Position numbers and translations under genes: made by a program. Of a stretch of DNA of 64,000 nucleotides, positions 18,113 to 29,776 are shown piece after piece (position 1 is the stretch's first letter; each line of letters starts with the position of its first letter). The DNA is from Bacteriovoracaceae bacterium (GTDB lineage: Bacteria; Bdellovibrionota; Bacteriovoracia; Bacteriovoracales; Bacteriovoracaceae). The notes under the pieces were generated by a model that saw nothing but the letters and a program-made list of their open reading frames with translations, did not search any database and had not been told where the DNA came from. The stretch is taken from the NCBI GenBank assembly GCA_048270185.1, contig JBLWTJ010000001.1, positions 736,001 to 800,000 of the forward strand, read 5' to 3'.

Positions 18113-19126
18113 ATGAGAACATATTTCTTTATCAAATTAAAATCGTTAAAAGATATTAGAACTTTTCCGTTCTCTCTCTACCTCTATAATACAAAAGAAA
18201 AATTCTACAATGACTACCTTGCAGCCAATACGCCAATGACAGAGGATAGCTATCAATTACTTCAATATATTGAAGAGAATAAGAATGGAAAGATTGCCAT
18301 TAAAATGTCACAGCGTATGACCTACTTGGCAACGGTAGGAGAACTTGTTGATGTTGATCCCCTTGAGATAGCAAAGGCAAAGAAGAAAACACAAGTCTTA
18401 AGTGAGTATGAAAAGATTGTTGAAGCAGATGAAGCTGAGAATAAAAGTGCCCAACCTCCTCTTCGTATGATGATGTCAAAATCAATTGATCGCGATGATT
18501 TTCTTCCAATTATACTAAGAGCACAAAAAGAAATTATTCTCTTTCCTATTAATCTTTCTCATACAGTCTCTCTAGCAAGGCACTTTGCTAGTCAGCATCT
18601 ACATACAGATAATTTAACAAATCGAATCGTTGCCTTAAGCTACTTCTTTGCAAAGAAGGTTGGAATCAAAGAGCAACAAAAGCTAGCCGATCTGATCTGT
18701 GCGGCCTTCTTATGTAATATTGGACTAACTCAAATCTCACCCAATATTATTCATGAAGATCAAAATAAAATTTCGACAGATCAAATTGAACAATACTATA
18801 AGCATGTTAAATTTAGTCGTATGTTCATTGATCAATCAAAGATCGACTTAAGCTATGAGTGCAAGAAGATTATTGATCATCATCACGAGAAATACGATGG
18901 TTCAGGTATGCCAAGTCAGGTTTCACAGGCAGGGCTTACCCTTGAATCTGAGATCCTCGAGTTCGTAACCCATACTCTAGAATATAGTAGTGGTTTTATC
19001 ACAGGGGAAAAGAATGTTCTTAGTAGTGTGATCTATATGATTGATGCTCAAGCAGGACTTCCTGGCCTCAATATCAATTATAGTTCAAAGATTAGGCCCT
19101 ATATCACACAGCTCTTAAGTCTCTAA
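18113..19126 (+). CDS. Degenerate HD-GYP domain protein
   Basis: AAFLCNIG where HD is expected; HHEKYDGSGMP where GYP is expected; ATG 4 nt after the upstream stop. Confidence 0.75.
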   Translation: MRTYFFIKLKSLKDIRTFPFSLYLYNTKEKFYNDYLAANTPMTEDSYQLLQYIEENKNGKIAIKMSQRMTYLATVGELVDVDPLEIAKAKKKTQVLSEYEKIVEADEAENKSAQPPLRMMMSKSIDRDDFLPIILRAQKEIILFPINLSHTVSLARHFASQHLHTDNLTNRIVALSYFFAKKVGIKEQQKLADLICAAFLCNIGLTQISPNIIHEDQNKISTDQIEQYYKHVKFSRMFIDQSKIDLSYECKKIIDHHHEKYDGSGMPSQVSQAGLTLESEILEFVTHTLEYSSGFITGEKNVLSSVIYMIDAQAGLPGLNINYSSKIRPYITQLLSL

Positions 19127-19130
19127 AACT

Positions 19131-20267
19131 TTAGTTAAAGCTAGCATATGGAAGTGTATTACGCCCATTCCATGAATGAAGGTTGGCTTCAACACGTGTA
19201 CTCTTATCTTTCTTTTCATGTACTTCAATTTTAGCAAAAGTTAAATTAGCATTTGAGCCACCTTTACCAAAATCGAGATTATACATACGAGTCCAAGTTC
19301 CGGTGTTGATAAAAGTCTTGCCATTTGTGTACGTTCGACAAATTGGCTCGTGAGTATGCCCAACAATTAGGACGTCTGTATCATCTGCATTTTGTAGGTA
19401 ATCAAAAGTAATGGATTCATAATCTTGAAATAGATGTAATTCTTTGAAAAAGAGCTTTATCCAATCCCCAAAATTATCGCTAATTTTAAAAAGGTAAATT
19501 GAGCGAACCATGATGAAGTAGATGGTATTGGCCATCATAAATCGTAATGTGAAGAAAGTGTCGTAAATTAATCCATTGATTAGAAATTTATTAATCGGTC
19601 TCACGGCATTGACGTGATCTCTTTCTTCTTTAAACTTATTAATGACTCGAGTGACATAATATGAACCCCAAGGAGGATTAAAGTATTTCTTTCCTTCTTC
19701 ATCTTCAATAATACAGTGGTCTTCATCAAAGGTATGAGCGATTTCATATTCATGGCCATGCTTTAAAACAACTCTTGGAGTTGGCCTATAATCATCATTT
19801 AGATGCTTAATAACAAAAAGATCTCGTACATCTTCATCAAAGCAATCAAGAACCATCTTCTTAAGTGAATCAAACACTAGCTCTGCATCGTGATTACCAA
19901 TAATGAAGGTAACCTTCTTATTCTTTGCCTTTAGGAACTTATTTAAGGCTTCCATTACTTCTGGGTGGGCCTTAAGGATCATCTCTAATTTCTTTAAGGA
20001 CGACTCTTCTGACCAAAATTCATCATCGTAGACTTTTACATAAGGTACGGCCAAAAGATCAAAGAAGTCACCATTGATTATTAACTCAACATCTTTACTG
20101 GCATAGTCATCACTACTAAAGTATTCCAGAAATTCAACTAGTTCTTCGTCATAGTGGAAGTCTTCAAGATAATTGCGAACACCATTCACATACTCACCTG
20201 CACCCAAGTGAACATCTGAGATGACGATAATAGTTTTCTTTGAATTACTCTTGCGCAGGAATCTCAT
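19131..20267 (-). CDS. Calcineurin-like metallophosphoesterase
   Basis: SDVHLG, NGDFFD, GNHD, HGH, GHTH. Confidence 0.9.
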   Translation of the reverse strand: MRFLRKSNSKKTIIVISDVHLGAGEYVNGVRNYLEDFHYDEELVEFLEYFSSDDYASKDVELIINGDFFDLLAVPYVKVYDDEFWSEESSLKKLEMILKAHPEVMEALNKFLKAKNKKVTFIIGNHDAELVFDSLKKMVLDCFDEDVRDLFVIKHLNDDYRPTPRVVLKHGHEYEIAHTFDEDHCIIEDEEGKKYFNPPWGSYYVTRVINKFKEERDHVNAVRPINKFLINGLIYDTFFTLRFMMANTIYFIMVRSIYLFKISDNFGDWIKLFFKELHLFQDYESITFDYLQNADDTDVLIVGHTHEPICRTYTNGKTFINTGTWTRMYNLDFGKGGSNANLTFAKIEVHEKKDKSTRVEANLHSWNGRNTLPYASFN

Positions 20268-20619
20268 ATGCGGATTTTCCTATATTTAAAATGATTTTTT
20301 GAAAGGCCGGATCAAGTGGTACAAAGTAAAATTTCTTATCGGTATCGAAATTAAACTCCACTGTTTTCTCACCATCTGATTTAACTGTGATGAATTTTAG
20401 ATTCTTTTCATTCTCATCAATAAATTTTCCCTTAATTGAATTTAAGGTTTTATTTTGTAAAATAACTGCAACTCGCCCACCGCGCTTCTTAGCAGGAGAG
20501 ACGACTTTATAATAATTAGGCATTGCCTGAATAATAAAGGCCTCTGCTCTCTCCATTCGCTGTGCGAGAGTGCTAAATTGTAAACAAATCCCAAAAATTA
20601 GTGGCCTAAGGTAATTCAT
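20245..20619 (-). CDS. Hypothetical exported protein
   Basis: Signal-peptide-like N-terminus; overlaps the start of the phosphoesterase gene. Confidence 0.65.
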   Translation of the reverse strand: MNYLRPLIFGICLQFSTLAQRMERAEAFIIQAMPNYYKVVSPAKKRGGRVAVILQNKTLNSIKGKFIDENEKNLKFITVKSDGEKTVEFNFDTDKKFYFVPLDPAFQKIILNIGKSAYEIPAQE

Positions 20620-20733
20620 ATAACTATTGTAACTATTTAAAATCTTATAAGGGCACTATGGCAAAGCTTACCTACTGCACACTTTCATTCATCATAAATT
20701 TGAATGACTCTATAGGCGTCCGATGAATTAGCT

Positions 20734-21252
20734 ATGATAACGACACTGAAGAAAACATTCACAAGATCAAATACACAAGAAGACAAACCAACTGAGTTAG
20801 TCAACTTTAGCGACCCGGCCCATCACTGGATCAATGAGAACACTCATATTAAGCGCTTCTTTGAGACGGCCATTTCAATGCTTGATAGCGAGGATATTGA
20901 AAGTCTTAAGACTTATGGTGAACTTGTGTTCTTAGAATCTAAGGGAATGTATTCAAGTGTTATTCCATCTCACGGTGATAAGACTTTTATTATCGTCTAC
21001 CCTGAGCTTATGAAGATGATCCGTTCAGCTGATAATGAACAGGCCTATGCTGTCATCTTTCACGAATTAGGACATCTCTATTATCGTCACTTTACAATGA
21101 GATCCGTTATTGATGATATGACTAAGCAAATTGAAGCCGATGAATTTGCCATTCGCCACGGACATGCAAGAGGTTTATTCAATTTTCTAAAGAGTATGCC
21201 AATTAGTCATGAAGTTAGCCGAAGACTAGAAATGATTCGTTTAAGAGCTTAA
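20734..21252 (+). CDS. Zinc metallopeptidase-like protein (M48-type HEXXH)
   Basis: [14 protein letters not shown] and EADEFA. Confidence 0.75.
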   Translation: MITTLKKTFTRSNTQEDKPTELVNFSDPAHHWINENTHIKRFFETAISMLDSEDIESLKTYGELVFLESKGMYSSVIPSHGDKTFIIVYPELMKMIRSADNEQAYAVIFHELGHLYYRHFTMRSVIDDMTKQIEADEFAIRHGHARGLFNFLKSMPISHEVSRRLEMIRLRA

Positions 21253-23212
21253 TCTCATCACGAATTTTCGCGGCATCTTCAAAGCGTAAATCTTTTGATG
21301 CCTCTTTCATCTCAATCTTTAACTCAGCAATACGTTTTTTGATTTCATCAGGAGTCATTGTGACATCTTTTCGTGCAGACTTCTTGCCTTTCTTCTTACC
21401 GCCACGAAGGGTTTCGATTACACCTCCAGATACTTCTTTTAGAATTGTTTGTGGTGTAATTCCATGTTCTTCATTGTAGGCCATTTGAATCGCGCGACGT
21501 CTCTTGGTTTCACCAATAGCTCGCTCCATCGATTTGGTTTCTTTATAGGCATACATTAGAACCTTACCATCACTATTTCTGGCCGCACGTCCGATCGTCT
21601 GGACAAGAGATCTCTCACTACGAAGAAAGCCTTCTTTGTCAGCATCCAAGATGGCAACAAGTGATACTTCTGGTATATCAAGCCCCTCTCTTAAGAGGTT
21701 GATTCCAACGAGAACGTCAAACTCCCCTAAACGTAGATCGCGAATAATCTCAACTCTCTCAATTGTATCGATATCACTGTGAAGATACTTAACTTTAATT
21801 CCACTTCCGTGATAGAAGTTTGTCAGCTCTTCGGCAAGCTTCTTAGTTAAAGTCGTAATTAGTACGCGTTGTCCTTTATCCACAATACGCTTTACTTCAA
21901 CTAAAAGATCATCAACTTGATTTGTAGCATCTCTTACTTCAATAATGGGATCAAGAAGACCTGTTGGCCTAATAATCTGTTCAGCAAACTCTCCATGCGT
22001 TCTCTCTAATTCATAATTGCCTGGAGTTGCTGAAACATAGAGAACGTCATCTAATTTTGTTTTAAACTCTTCAAAATTAAGAGGACGGTTATCGAGGGCC
22101 GAAGGCAGTCTAAACCCATATTCCACGAGATTGAGCTTTCTTGCCCTATCACCACGATACATCCCACCAACTTGAGGTACAGTTATATGGGACTCATCAA
22201 TAATCATCAAAAAGTCTTTCTTAAAATAATCAATAAGCGTTGGAGGCGGCTCTCCAGGAGCACTTCCTGTCATATGACGAGAGTAATTTTCAATTCCAGA
22301 ACAAAAGCCCATCTCTTCTAGCATCTCAATATCAAGAAGAGTTCTCTGCTCAAGCCTCTGTTTTTCAACAAGTTTATTTTGTTTTTCTAATTCTTGCAGT
22401 CGCTCTCTTAATTCGACCTTAATCGTCTCAAGGGCACCATCCATTTTCTCCTCACCAACAACATAGTGAGACTTTGGATAGATCGTAACTTTTGGCAGTG
22501 ATTGTATTTTTGTACCGCGAAGAGGATCCACAATGGTAATACTCTCTATCTCTTCATCAAAGAATTCAATGCGAATAACATTTGAGTCTTCGTGGGCCGG
22601 GAAGATTTCAACGATATCACCTCGTACTCGAAAGCAGCCACGAACAAAGTCGATATCATTTCTTTCATATTGAATACTCACAAGAGATCTTAGAAATTCA
22701 TCTCGATCAAGTTCATCTCCAACAAAGAGAGTCTCTCTCATATTGGCATACTCATCAGGAGAACCAATACCGTAGATACAACTCACAGATGAAATGATGA
22801 TAACATCATCACGCTCTAGTAATGACCTTGTGGCACTATGGCGAAGTTTATCAATCTCATCATTAACAGATGAGTCTTTCTCAATGAAGGTATCACTTCC
22901 TGGAACATAGGCTTCCGGTTGGTAGTAGTCGTAGTACGAAACAAAGTATTCAACAGCATTATCTGGAAAGAACTCGCGAAACTCAGCATAGAGCTGGGCG
23001 GCCAGTGTCTTATTATGTGCGAGAATCAAAGTCTTCTTTCCTAGCTTTTGAATAACATTGGCCATGGTAAAGGTCTTACCAGATCCAGTTACACCAAGAA
23101 GAACCTGCTCTTTTTCACCGGCAGCAAGCTTCGTTGTGATCGTCTTAATTGCTTCTGGCTGATCACCACATGGTTGGAACTTTGATTTGAGATTAAAGAC
23201 TTTGTTGTTCAT
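21215..23212 (-). CDS. uvrB: Excinuclease ABC subunit B
   Basis: [32 protein letters not shown]-terminal FEDAAKIRD. Confidence 0.99.
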   Translation of the reverse strand: MNNKVFNLKSKFQPCGDQPEAIKTITTKLAAGEKEQVLLGVTGSGKTFTMANVIQKLGKKTLILAHNKTLAAQLYAEFREFFPDNAVEYFVSYYDYYQPEAYVPGSDTFIEKDSSVNDEIDKLRHSATRSLLERDDVIIISSVSCIYGIGSPDEYANMRETLFVGDELDRDEFLRSLVSIQYERNDIDFVRGCFRVRGDIVEIFPAHEDSNVIRIEFFDEEIESITIVDPLRGTKIQSLPKVTIYPKSHYVVGEEKMDGALETIKVELRERLQELEKQNKLVEKQRLEQRTLLDIEMLEEMGFCSGIENYSRHMTGSAPGEPPPTLIDYFKKDFLMIIDESHITVPQVGGMYRGDRARKLNLVEYGFRLPSALDNRPLNFEEFKTKLDDVLYVSATPGNYELERTHGEFAEQIIRPTGLLDPIIEVRDATNQVDDLLVEVKRIVDKGQRVLITTLTKKLAEELTNFYHGSGIKVKYLHSDIDTIERVEIIRDLRLGEFDVLVGINLLREGLDIPEVSLVAILDADKEGFLRSERSLVQTIGRAARNSDGKVLMYAYKETKSMERAIGETKRRRAIQMAYNEEHGITPQTILKEVSGGVIETLRGGKKKGKKSARKDVTMTPDEIKKRIAELKIEMKEASKDLRFEDAAKIRDEIKLLNESFLVFG

Positions 23213-23252
23213 ATTAGGTATTGTAGCTTAATTACACCCCTAAAAACAAATA

Positions 23253-23333
23253 AAGCGTTTGTAAGTATTAACCCACAAACGCTTATTCACACACACAACA
23301 CAAGAGAAAAGTTCAAAAAGATTTTTTGAACTT
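23253..23333 (-). terminator. Two hairpins in the carD 3' region; the distal one is probably the terminator
   Basis: Inverted repeats at 23309-23333 and 23253-23284, the latter followed by a U-rich tract on the minus strand. Confidence 0.65.
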
Positions 23334-23345
23334 AAGCTATCTTAA

Positions 23346-23822
23346 TTAGTTATTAAAACAGCTCTCAATTTGATTTTTTATTTCTGTTTTTTCAGAACCA
23401 TTCTGGATTGAAATCTCCTGAACAAGTAGGTCTCTACATTGCTCAAGCATCTTCTTTTCTCCGAAAGAAAGATTCTTCTTATTCTTAAGTAAGAATAATG
23501 ATCTTAGGACATCCGCAATCTCTAAAAGTGAACCTGTCTTCACTTTTTCCATATAGTCTCTATAGCGACGGTTCCAAGTTGAATTATCAACCTTCACGTC
23601 ATGATCATTTAGAAGTTCATAAACTTCATTTATTTCATTTTCGTCAACCAAGACTCTGATTCCATCTTTGGAATTCGTAGGAACCATAACAGTCATACCG
23701 TTAGCTACAACTTTTATGATGTAGAACGACAACTTGTGCTCTCCTACTTCGCGATCTTCGATGTCCACAATTTGACCGACACCGTGTCCAGGGCAAACTG
23801 CGTAATCTCCAATGTTAAACAT
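23346..23822 (-). CDS. carD: CarD/CdnL-family RNA polymerase-binding regulator
   Basis: FNIGDYAVCPGHGVG, TWNRRYR, LSFGEKKML; start ATG 23822 with GGAGG SD. Confidence 0.93.
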   Translation of the reverse strand: MFNIGDYAVCPGHGVGQIVDIEDREVGEHKLSFYIIKVVANGMTVMVPTNSKDGIRVLVDENEINEVYELLNDHDVKVDNSTWNRRYRDYMEKVKTGSLLEIADVLRSLFLLKNKKNLSFGEKKMLEQCRDLLVQEISIQNGSEKTEIKNQIESCFNN

Positions 23823-23976
23823 TTCTACCTCCATGGGTATTTCTCTCATTCATAGTTATACTACGTCGCATTATTACTCTCAATGGAGTGTGTAAGAAAT
23901 ACAGGCGGGGTATGATTTTTTGACGGAAAGTTGTAGGGGGACTTTCTTTAAATAACAGCTACTTAGGCGAGATAAT

Positions 23977-23998
23977 AAAAGGCCCCAAAAAGGGGCCC
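23977..23998 (-). terminator. Intrinsic terminator after ndk
   Basis: GGCCCC-TTTTT-GGGGCC-TTTTATT on the minus strand. Confidence 0.7.
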
Positions 23999-24028
23999 TT
24001 CGATATTCAAATGATAATTATTTTCTTA

Positions 24029-24451
24029 TTACCAACGAGAAACGATTTCGTTCTTTTCGAAGAAATACGCAAGCTCTCTCTCAGCAGAAGCTAGAGAATC
24101 TGAACCGTGAACAGCATTTTCACCAATTGACTTAGCATATAGCTTTCTTAGTGTATTTTCTGCTGCTTCAGCTGGGTTAGTTGCACCCATGATTTCTCTG
24201 TTTCTTTCTACAGCGTTTTCACCTTCTAGGCACATAAGAACTACTGGTGCAGAAGTCATGAAAGCAACAAGCTCACCAAAGAATGGTCTGTCTTTGTGCT
24301 CAATATAGAAACCTTCAGCTTTCTCTTTAGAAAGGTGAGTAAGTTTAAGTGCAGCGATTCTTAGACCTTCTTCTTCGAATCTCTTTACAATGTTACCAAT
24401 GTTGTTATCAAGTAGCGCGTTTGGCTTGATGATACTAAAAGTTCTTTCCAT
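24029..24451 (-). CDS. ndk: Nucleoside diphosphate kinase
   Basis: [25 protein letters not shown]. Confidence 0.98.
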   Translation of the reverse strand: MERTFSIIKPNALLDNNIGNIVKRFEEEGLRIAALKLTHLSKEKAEGFYIEHKDRPFFGELVAFMTSAPVVLMCLEGENAVERNREIMGATNPAEAAENTLRKLYAKSIGENAVHGSDSLASAERELAYFFEKNEIVSRW

Positions 24452-24496
24452 TTCAATCTCCTTAAAATTATCTTGTGGAAAATAATAATCTTTAAA

Positions 24497-25372
24497 TTAA
24501 AGGTTCTTTAACACCTTTTCCATTGTTTCACCAAGTTCTGCAGGAGAGCGTGAAACAGTTACACCACACTCTTCAAGGATTCTGAACTTAGCTTCAGCAG
24601 TATCATCTCCACCAGAGATAATTGCTCCTGCGTGACCCATTCTCTTACCCGGAGGCGCTGAGGCACCTGCGATGAAAGATACAACAGGCTTGCTCATATT
24701 CTTTTGGATCCAACGGCCAGCATCTGTCTCAGCAGATCCACCGATCTCACCGATCATGATAACTGCATCAGTATCTGGATCTTTTTCAAATAGCTCAAGT
24801 ACGTCGATGAAGTTTGTTCCGTTTACCGGGTCACCACCGATACCAACACAAGTTGATTGTCCGATATCTCTTTGAGTTAACTGATAAACAGCTTCATAAG
24901 TAAGAGTTCCTGAACGAGAAATAACACCAACACGACCTGGCATGTGGATGTGACCTGGCATAATTCCAATCTTACACTCACCTGGAGTGATAACACCTGG
25001 ACAGTTAGGACCAATTAGTCTTGATTTTGAACCTTTTAGAGCGGCCTTAACCTTAACCATATCTAAAATAGGAATCCCTTCAGTAATAGCAATGATTAAT
25101 GGCATTTCTGCATCAATTGCTTCAAGGATTGAGTCAGCAGCAAACGGAGGTGGAACCATAATCATGGCCGCATTCGCGTCTGTTTTGCTCATAGCTTCTT
25201 TAATTGTATTGAATACAGGGAAACCTTCGTGAACAGTTCCACCCTTACCTGGAGTTACACCACCAACAAAGTTAGTACCGTAATCTCTTGATTGAAGTGA
25301 ATGGAAAGTTCCTTGTTTACCAGTGAAACCAACAGTGATTAATTTTGTATCACGATTAATAAGAATGGCCAT
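24497..25372 (-). CDS. sucD: Succinyl-CoA synthetase alpha subunit
   Basis: [33 protein letters not shown]. Confidence 0.98.
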   Translation of the reverse strand: MAILINRDTKLITVGFTGKQGTFHSLQSRDYGTNFVGGVTPGKGGTVHEGFPVFNTIKEAMSKTDANAAMIMVPPPFAADSILEAIDAEMPLIIAITEGIPILDMVKVKAALKGSKSRLIGPNCPGVITPGECKIGIMPGHIHMPGRVGVISRSGTLTYEAVYQLTQRDIGQSTCVGIGGDPVNGTNFIDVLELFEKDPDTDAVIMIGEIGGSAETDAGRWIQKNMSKPVVSFIAGASAPPGKRMGHAGAIISGGDDTAEAKFRILEECGVTVSRSPAELGETMEKVLKNL

Positions 25373-26544
25373 TACGCCTCCCCTTTTGCCGCTTCAACTG
25401 CTTTCTTAGCAGCATCAGCTAGATCTTCAGCAGCAATAATTGCAAGATCTGATTCATTTAATATTTTCTTACCTAGAGCTACGTTAGTACCTTCAAGACG
25501 TACAACTAATGGAACAGTTAAATCTAGTTCCTTAGCAGCAGCAACAACACCTTCTGCGATGATGTCACACTTCATGATTCCACCAAAGATATTTACTAGG
25601 ATAGCTTTTACATTCTCATCTTGCAGGATAAGTGAGAAAGCTTTTTGAACAGTTTCTTTTGTAGCTGATCCACCAACGTCAAGGAAGTTAGCTGGTTCAC
25701 CACCGTGAAGCTTAATAATGTCCATTGTACCCATCGCAAGACCAGCACCGTTTACTAGACAACCAATTGTTCCATCAAGCTCAATATAAGAAGCACCAAA
25801 TTCACTTGCTGCTAGTTCTTTTTCACTTTCTTCAGTTGGATCTCTTAGAGCTTCGATTTCTTTGTGCTTAAATAGTGCATTTGAATCAAAGTTAAGTTTA
25901 GCGTCTAGAGCTAAGATATCACCTTGCTTAGTTTTTACTAATGGGTTGATCTCAGCAATTGAACAATCATACTTCATATATAGATCGTATAGACCTTTAA
26001 AGAATTTTGATGCTTCAGCAACTTCTTCTTTCGTCTTTAGACCAATTCCGTAAGCAAGCTTTCTCGCAACAAATGGAGTAAATCCTGCTGCTGGGTCAAC
26101 TGCTACTTTAATAATTTTTTCTGGTGTATTGTGAGCGACTTCTTCGATCTCAACTCCACCTTCTTCAGATGCCATCATTGTTACTTTACCAGTGTTACGG
26201 TCAAGAACAACACCTGCATAGTACTCATGTTCGATATCACATCCCTCTTCAATGAAAAGAGTTAGTACTTTCTTACCTTCTGGACCAGTTTGGTGAGTAA
26301 CTAGTGTCTTACCTAGAATATCATCTGCGTGTAGACGAACTTCTTCAATCGACTTAGCAAGCTTAACACCACCTGCTTTACCACGCCCACCAGCGTGAAT
26401 CTGAGCTTTAACAACCCAAATATTTCCACCTAATTTTTCTGCCGCAGCTACTGCTTCATCAACAGTCTTTGCCACTTCACCTCTAAGAACCTTCAGGCCC
26501 ATATCTCTCATCAAACCCTTGGCCTGGTACTCATGTACGTTCAT
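25372..26544 (-). CDS. sucC: Succinyl-CoA synthetase beta subunit
   Basis: [40 protein letters not shown]. Confidence 0.98.
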   Translation of the reverse strand: MNVHEYQAKGLMRDMGLKVLRGEVAKTVDEAVAAAEKLGGNIWVVKAQIHAGGRGKAGGVKLAKSIEEVRLHADDILGKTLVTHQTGPEGKKVLTLFIEEGCDIEHEYYAGVVLDRNTGKVTMMASEEGGVEIEEVAHNTPEKIIKVAVDPAAGFTPFVARKLAYGIGLKTKEEVAEASKFFKGLYDLYMKYDCSIAEINPLVKTKQGDILALDAKLNFDSNALFKHKEIEALRDPTEESEKELAASEFGASYIELDGTIGCLVNGAGLAMGTMDIIKLHGGEPANFLDVGGSATKETVQKAFSLILQDENVKAILVNIFGGIMKCDIIAEGVVAAAKELDLTVPLVVRLEGTNVALGKKILNESDLAIIAAEDLADAAKKAVEAAKGEA

Positions 26545-26747
26545 TAAAACTCCTAAGTTTTTGGCTATAAAATATTTATGATTTTACTGGCTTATAATAG
26601 TGGTCATCACCATAACTTTCTAGGTGAGTCGTGTCATTTTACGCCTTTTTTTGTCCTGATAACAATTTAATTTATCAATGATTCATCTTATTAACAATTA
26701 ACGCCTGTTGTCTTGTACGAGTTTGAGGTTTTTTGGACAATCGGACT

Positions 26748-27590
26748 ATGGAAAATATATTGATAAGCCCAGGAAAATTTCGTCTCGACGGTGGTGCCAT
26801 GTTTGGTATTATCCCAAAACCTCTTTGGAATAAGGTACACCCGGCCGATGATTATAACCGCATTGACTTAGACCTTCGACTTTGGATTATTAAAGACCAA
26901 GAGCGCATTATTATAACTGATACAGGAATTGGTGATTACCACGGAGACAAATTTGATCAACAATTCGATGTCCGCCAAGAAAGCTCTCCCCTTGTAAAGG
27001 CCCTTGCCGAAAAGGGAATTGATTGTGCAGATGTAACAGACCTTGTGATCTCTCACCTTCACTTCGATCACGTTGGTGGTATGGTCTATAAAGACGAAAA
27101 TGGTGACTTTGCTCCAGTCTTTCCAAATGCAATCATTCACCTCCACAAAGACCACTGGGAGTATTCTTTAAACCCTACTCTTCGAGATGGGGGATCTTTT
27201 CATACTCAATACTTTAAAGAAACAATTGAAAGATTTGATAAGGCAGGACGAGTACATTGGCTTACAGGCAAGGAAGGTGAAATACTAAAGCTTACTGGTG
27301 ATACTCTGCGCTTTAAATGCTCATATGGCCACACTCCTCACCTCGTCCATCCGTACACAAATGAGTTTATATATTTAGCAGACCTTATTCCTACGTCAAA
27401 CCATGTTCATGTTCCATGGGTTATGGGTTACGACATTGCACCAGGACAAACGACAATCGATAAGATGGAATTTCTGAAGTTGATTGTGGATAACGACCTG
27501 CGTGTTATCTTTGAGCACGATCCAAAGTACGCCAGTGCCAAGATCACTCAAAATGAGCGCGGAAAGTATATTCCAATCGAATTAGAGTAG
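26748..27590 (+). CDS. Metallo-beta-lactamase-fold hydrolase (YtnP-like)
   Basis: FRLDGGAMFGIIPKPLW, SHLHFDHVGG, GHTPH, WVMGYD, FEHDP. Confidence 0.9.
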   Translation: MENILISPGKFRLDGGAMFGIIPKPLWNKVHPADDYNRIDLDLRLWIIKDQERIIITDTGIGDYHGDKFDQQFDVRQESSPLVKALAEKGIDCADVTDLVISHLHFDHVGGMVYKDENGDFAPVFPNAIIHLHKDHWEYSLNPTLRDGGSFHTQYFKETIERFDKAGRVHWLTGKEGEILKLTGDTLRFKCSYGHTPHLVHPYTNEFIYLADLIPTSNHVHVPWVMGYDIAPGQTTIDKMEFLKLIVDNDLRVIFEHDPKYASAKITQNERGKYIPIELE

Positions 27591-28877
27591 CGGATCGATT
27601 TGTTTTTGAATTTCATTCTTTGAAGCTTGGAAGACCACGCGGTCATCATCCATAAACTTTCTTAAGAAAAGGCGCTTTTTCTTATTAAGCATACCGTAGC
27701 GTGAAAGTTTCTCAGTAAGCTTCACACTCCAAGCGCTAATATCTTTACCAAGGGCACCCACCTCATTTTCAAGCTTGAGTTCATCAGGCTTTAGATTCTT
27801 CTTTTCAAGATCGTAATTGGAAAGAATGAGACTTTGTAGAAGAGGAGCAACATTCTTTGCATAACGCTGTTGAAATTCTTTATGAGCTAGCCAACCACTC
27901 GATTGACTTAGGCTTAAACGATAGTGAATAGAAATTGAAGAAATAATTGATTCAAGTGTTCTAAGTTTTTGAGAGATTTCATCAATATTCTTCTTAGAAG
28001 CTTTCTCTACTTTCTTCTTCACCTGGGCAACTCGTGCAATATACTCCTCACGAGAGTCAGGAACTAGAAAGAGCTTCTTTTCTAAAACCTCGCGGTTAGT
28101 TCCCATGCCTAACTTATTTTTCACATTATCCATTAACCCCAAAAATTCATAAATAAATGTAACTCGATAAGAGCCAGGAATAAAGTTCTGTCCTTCTTCA
28201 AAAACAAAATCTTTAAACTCCATCATGCCTCCCTCTCCAATATTATGAGTCTTAATCATAATATCTGTTCGGTGCAGATCATCGGCCTTACGATGAAGAA
28301 TAAGCTCAACACTTACACGTTTTTCAAATGGAAGCTTTGCATATAGTGCCGTCATCTCTTTATTAGCAATAAGCGTGACATCACCATTATTAACTGGTCT
28401 CTTTAATTCATTTAATGATGACATTGAAATATTCTTAACTTCAATCTCTTTAGGCTTTGTTCCCGTGGCCGTATAGAGACTCACAAGGATGACAATTGAA
28501 ATAAAGAAGCTTGCAATGACTGTTGTGTAGATTGGAAACTTACTAGGAGGGCCAACTTCAAGGGCCTCTTCTTCGTAACTTTCGGCCTGTTCGATAAATT
28601 CTTCAGTGAAAGCTTCAGTTGCAGGCTTTTGAACTTCATGAATTGGAATCTCAGGTAATGGATCTTGAGTTCCAAGAACTTGTTGCTCATAGTGGCTCAG
28701 TGCTTCATCACGAGCGACTTGAATAACTGCAAAAACAGGCTTCCAGCTCTTAGCACCTTGTCTCCAACACAGTTGATAGGATTTAATTAGACCTTTATCA
28801 TAAAAGTCGATAATATCTTGAGCGTTGAAAGGTCCCTTATTTTTACCGGACTGATTAATGTACCAAATTTTTTGCAT
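27582..28877 (-). CDS. GYF_2 (DUF4339) domain single-pass membrane protein
   Basis: WYINQSGKNKGPF...CWRQGAKSWKP, acidic linker, one TM helix, large distal domain. Confidence 0.75.
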   Translation of the reverse strand: MQKIWYINQSGKNKGPFNAQDIIDFYDKGLIKSYQLCWRQGAKSWKPVFAVIQVARDEALSHYEQQVLGTQDPLPEIPIHEVQKPATEAFTEEFIEQAESYEEEALEVGPPSKFPIYTTVIASFFISIVILVSLYTATGTKPKEIEVKNISMSSLNELKRPVNNGDVTLIANKEMTALYAKLPFEKRVSVELILHRKADDLHRTDIMIKTHNIGEGGMMEFKDFVFEEGQNFIPGSYRVTFIYEFLGLMDNVKNKLGMGTNREVLEKKLFLVPDSREEYIARVAQVKKKVEKASKKNIDEISQKLRTLESIISSISIHYRLSLSQSSGWLAHKEFQQRYAKNVAPLLQSLILSNYDLEKKNLKPDELKLENEVGALGKDISAWSVKLTEKLSRYGMLNKKKRLFLRKFMDDDRVVFQASKNEIQKQIDPLL

Positions 28878-28900
28878 AGCTGTATTTTAAAGGAAGTTAC

Positions 28901-29776
28901 ATGACGTGGAAAGAGGTAGATGCCAATCTTGTTAAAAGAAAATCACAATCCATTGCAAATTTATTTGTAAACGATGATTTCCACGCACAAAGAGCTCTTC
29001 TTTTAAGTGCAAATGATCTTGGGGTTGTCAGGAATGGAGGTCGCCGCGGCGCTGCCTACGGCCCAAAGGTTCTCACTTCACAGCTCAAAAAATTTGCTCA
29101 TCATGGACACTTAGAAAGTGTTGGCCTCATTCATATCACCGATTCAGGCCAGACAAATTTTGATAAAATGCAAAAATCGTCAATCGAGAAAATAACAAAA
29201 GTCCAAGCACAAAAAATTGTTCACTTAGGTGGTGGTCACGATCATATTTATCCACTAGTAATGGGCGTCGAATTAAATAATCCTTTTATTATTAATATCG
29301 ACGCACACCTCGATACTCGTGATGATGTGCTTTCCCACTCAGGAACTCCATTTAGACAAATCCTAAAAAGCAAGAAAGCAAAACTTGTGCAAATTGGAAT
29401 TCACGAATACGCCAACGTCCCACAAAATTATGCGGGAATTGAAATGGATATTATCGATACAAAATTGCTAAAAGAGAAATCAAACTCTTTCACATCAATA
29501 GACTTCTTAAAGGACCTTTATAAGAATCATCAAGGGGATATAGTCTTTAGTATTGATGCCGATGCTATAAAGGCCTGTGATATGCAGAGTGTGAGTGCCG
29601 TTAATCACGATGGGATTCCTCTTGAGTTTCTAAGACAATTAGTACAACAGTATAAAGAGGCCACAAAAAATAAGAAGCAAATACTAGGGATCTACGAGTA
29701 CAACCCTTTATTTGATGAGCTTTCGGCAAAAGATGCCAGAGCTCTGGCATCTCTAATTTATGATTTTCTAATTTGA
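28901..29776 (+). CDS. hutG: Arginase-family formimidoylglutamase
   Basis: DLGVVRNGGRRGAAYGP, GGGHD, DAHLD, DADA, EYNPLFD. Confidence 0.8.
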   Translation: MTWKEVDANLVKRKSQSIANLFVNDDFHAQRALLLSANDLGVVRNGGRRGAAYGPKVLTSQLKKFAHHGHLESVGLIHITDSGQTNFDKMQKSSIEKITKVQAQKIVHLGGGHDHIYPLVMGVELNNPFIINIDAHLDTRDDVLSHSGTPFRQILKSKKAKLVQIGIHEYANVPQNYAGIEMDIIDTKLLKEKSNSFTSIDFLKDLYKNHQGDIVFSIDADAIKACDMQSVSAVNHDGIPLEFLRQLVQQYKEATKNKKQILGIYEYNPLFDELSAKDARALASLIYDFLI

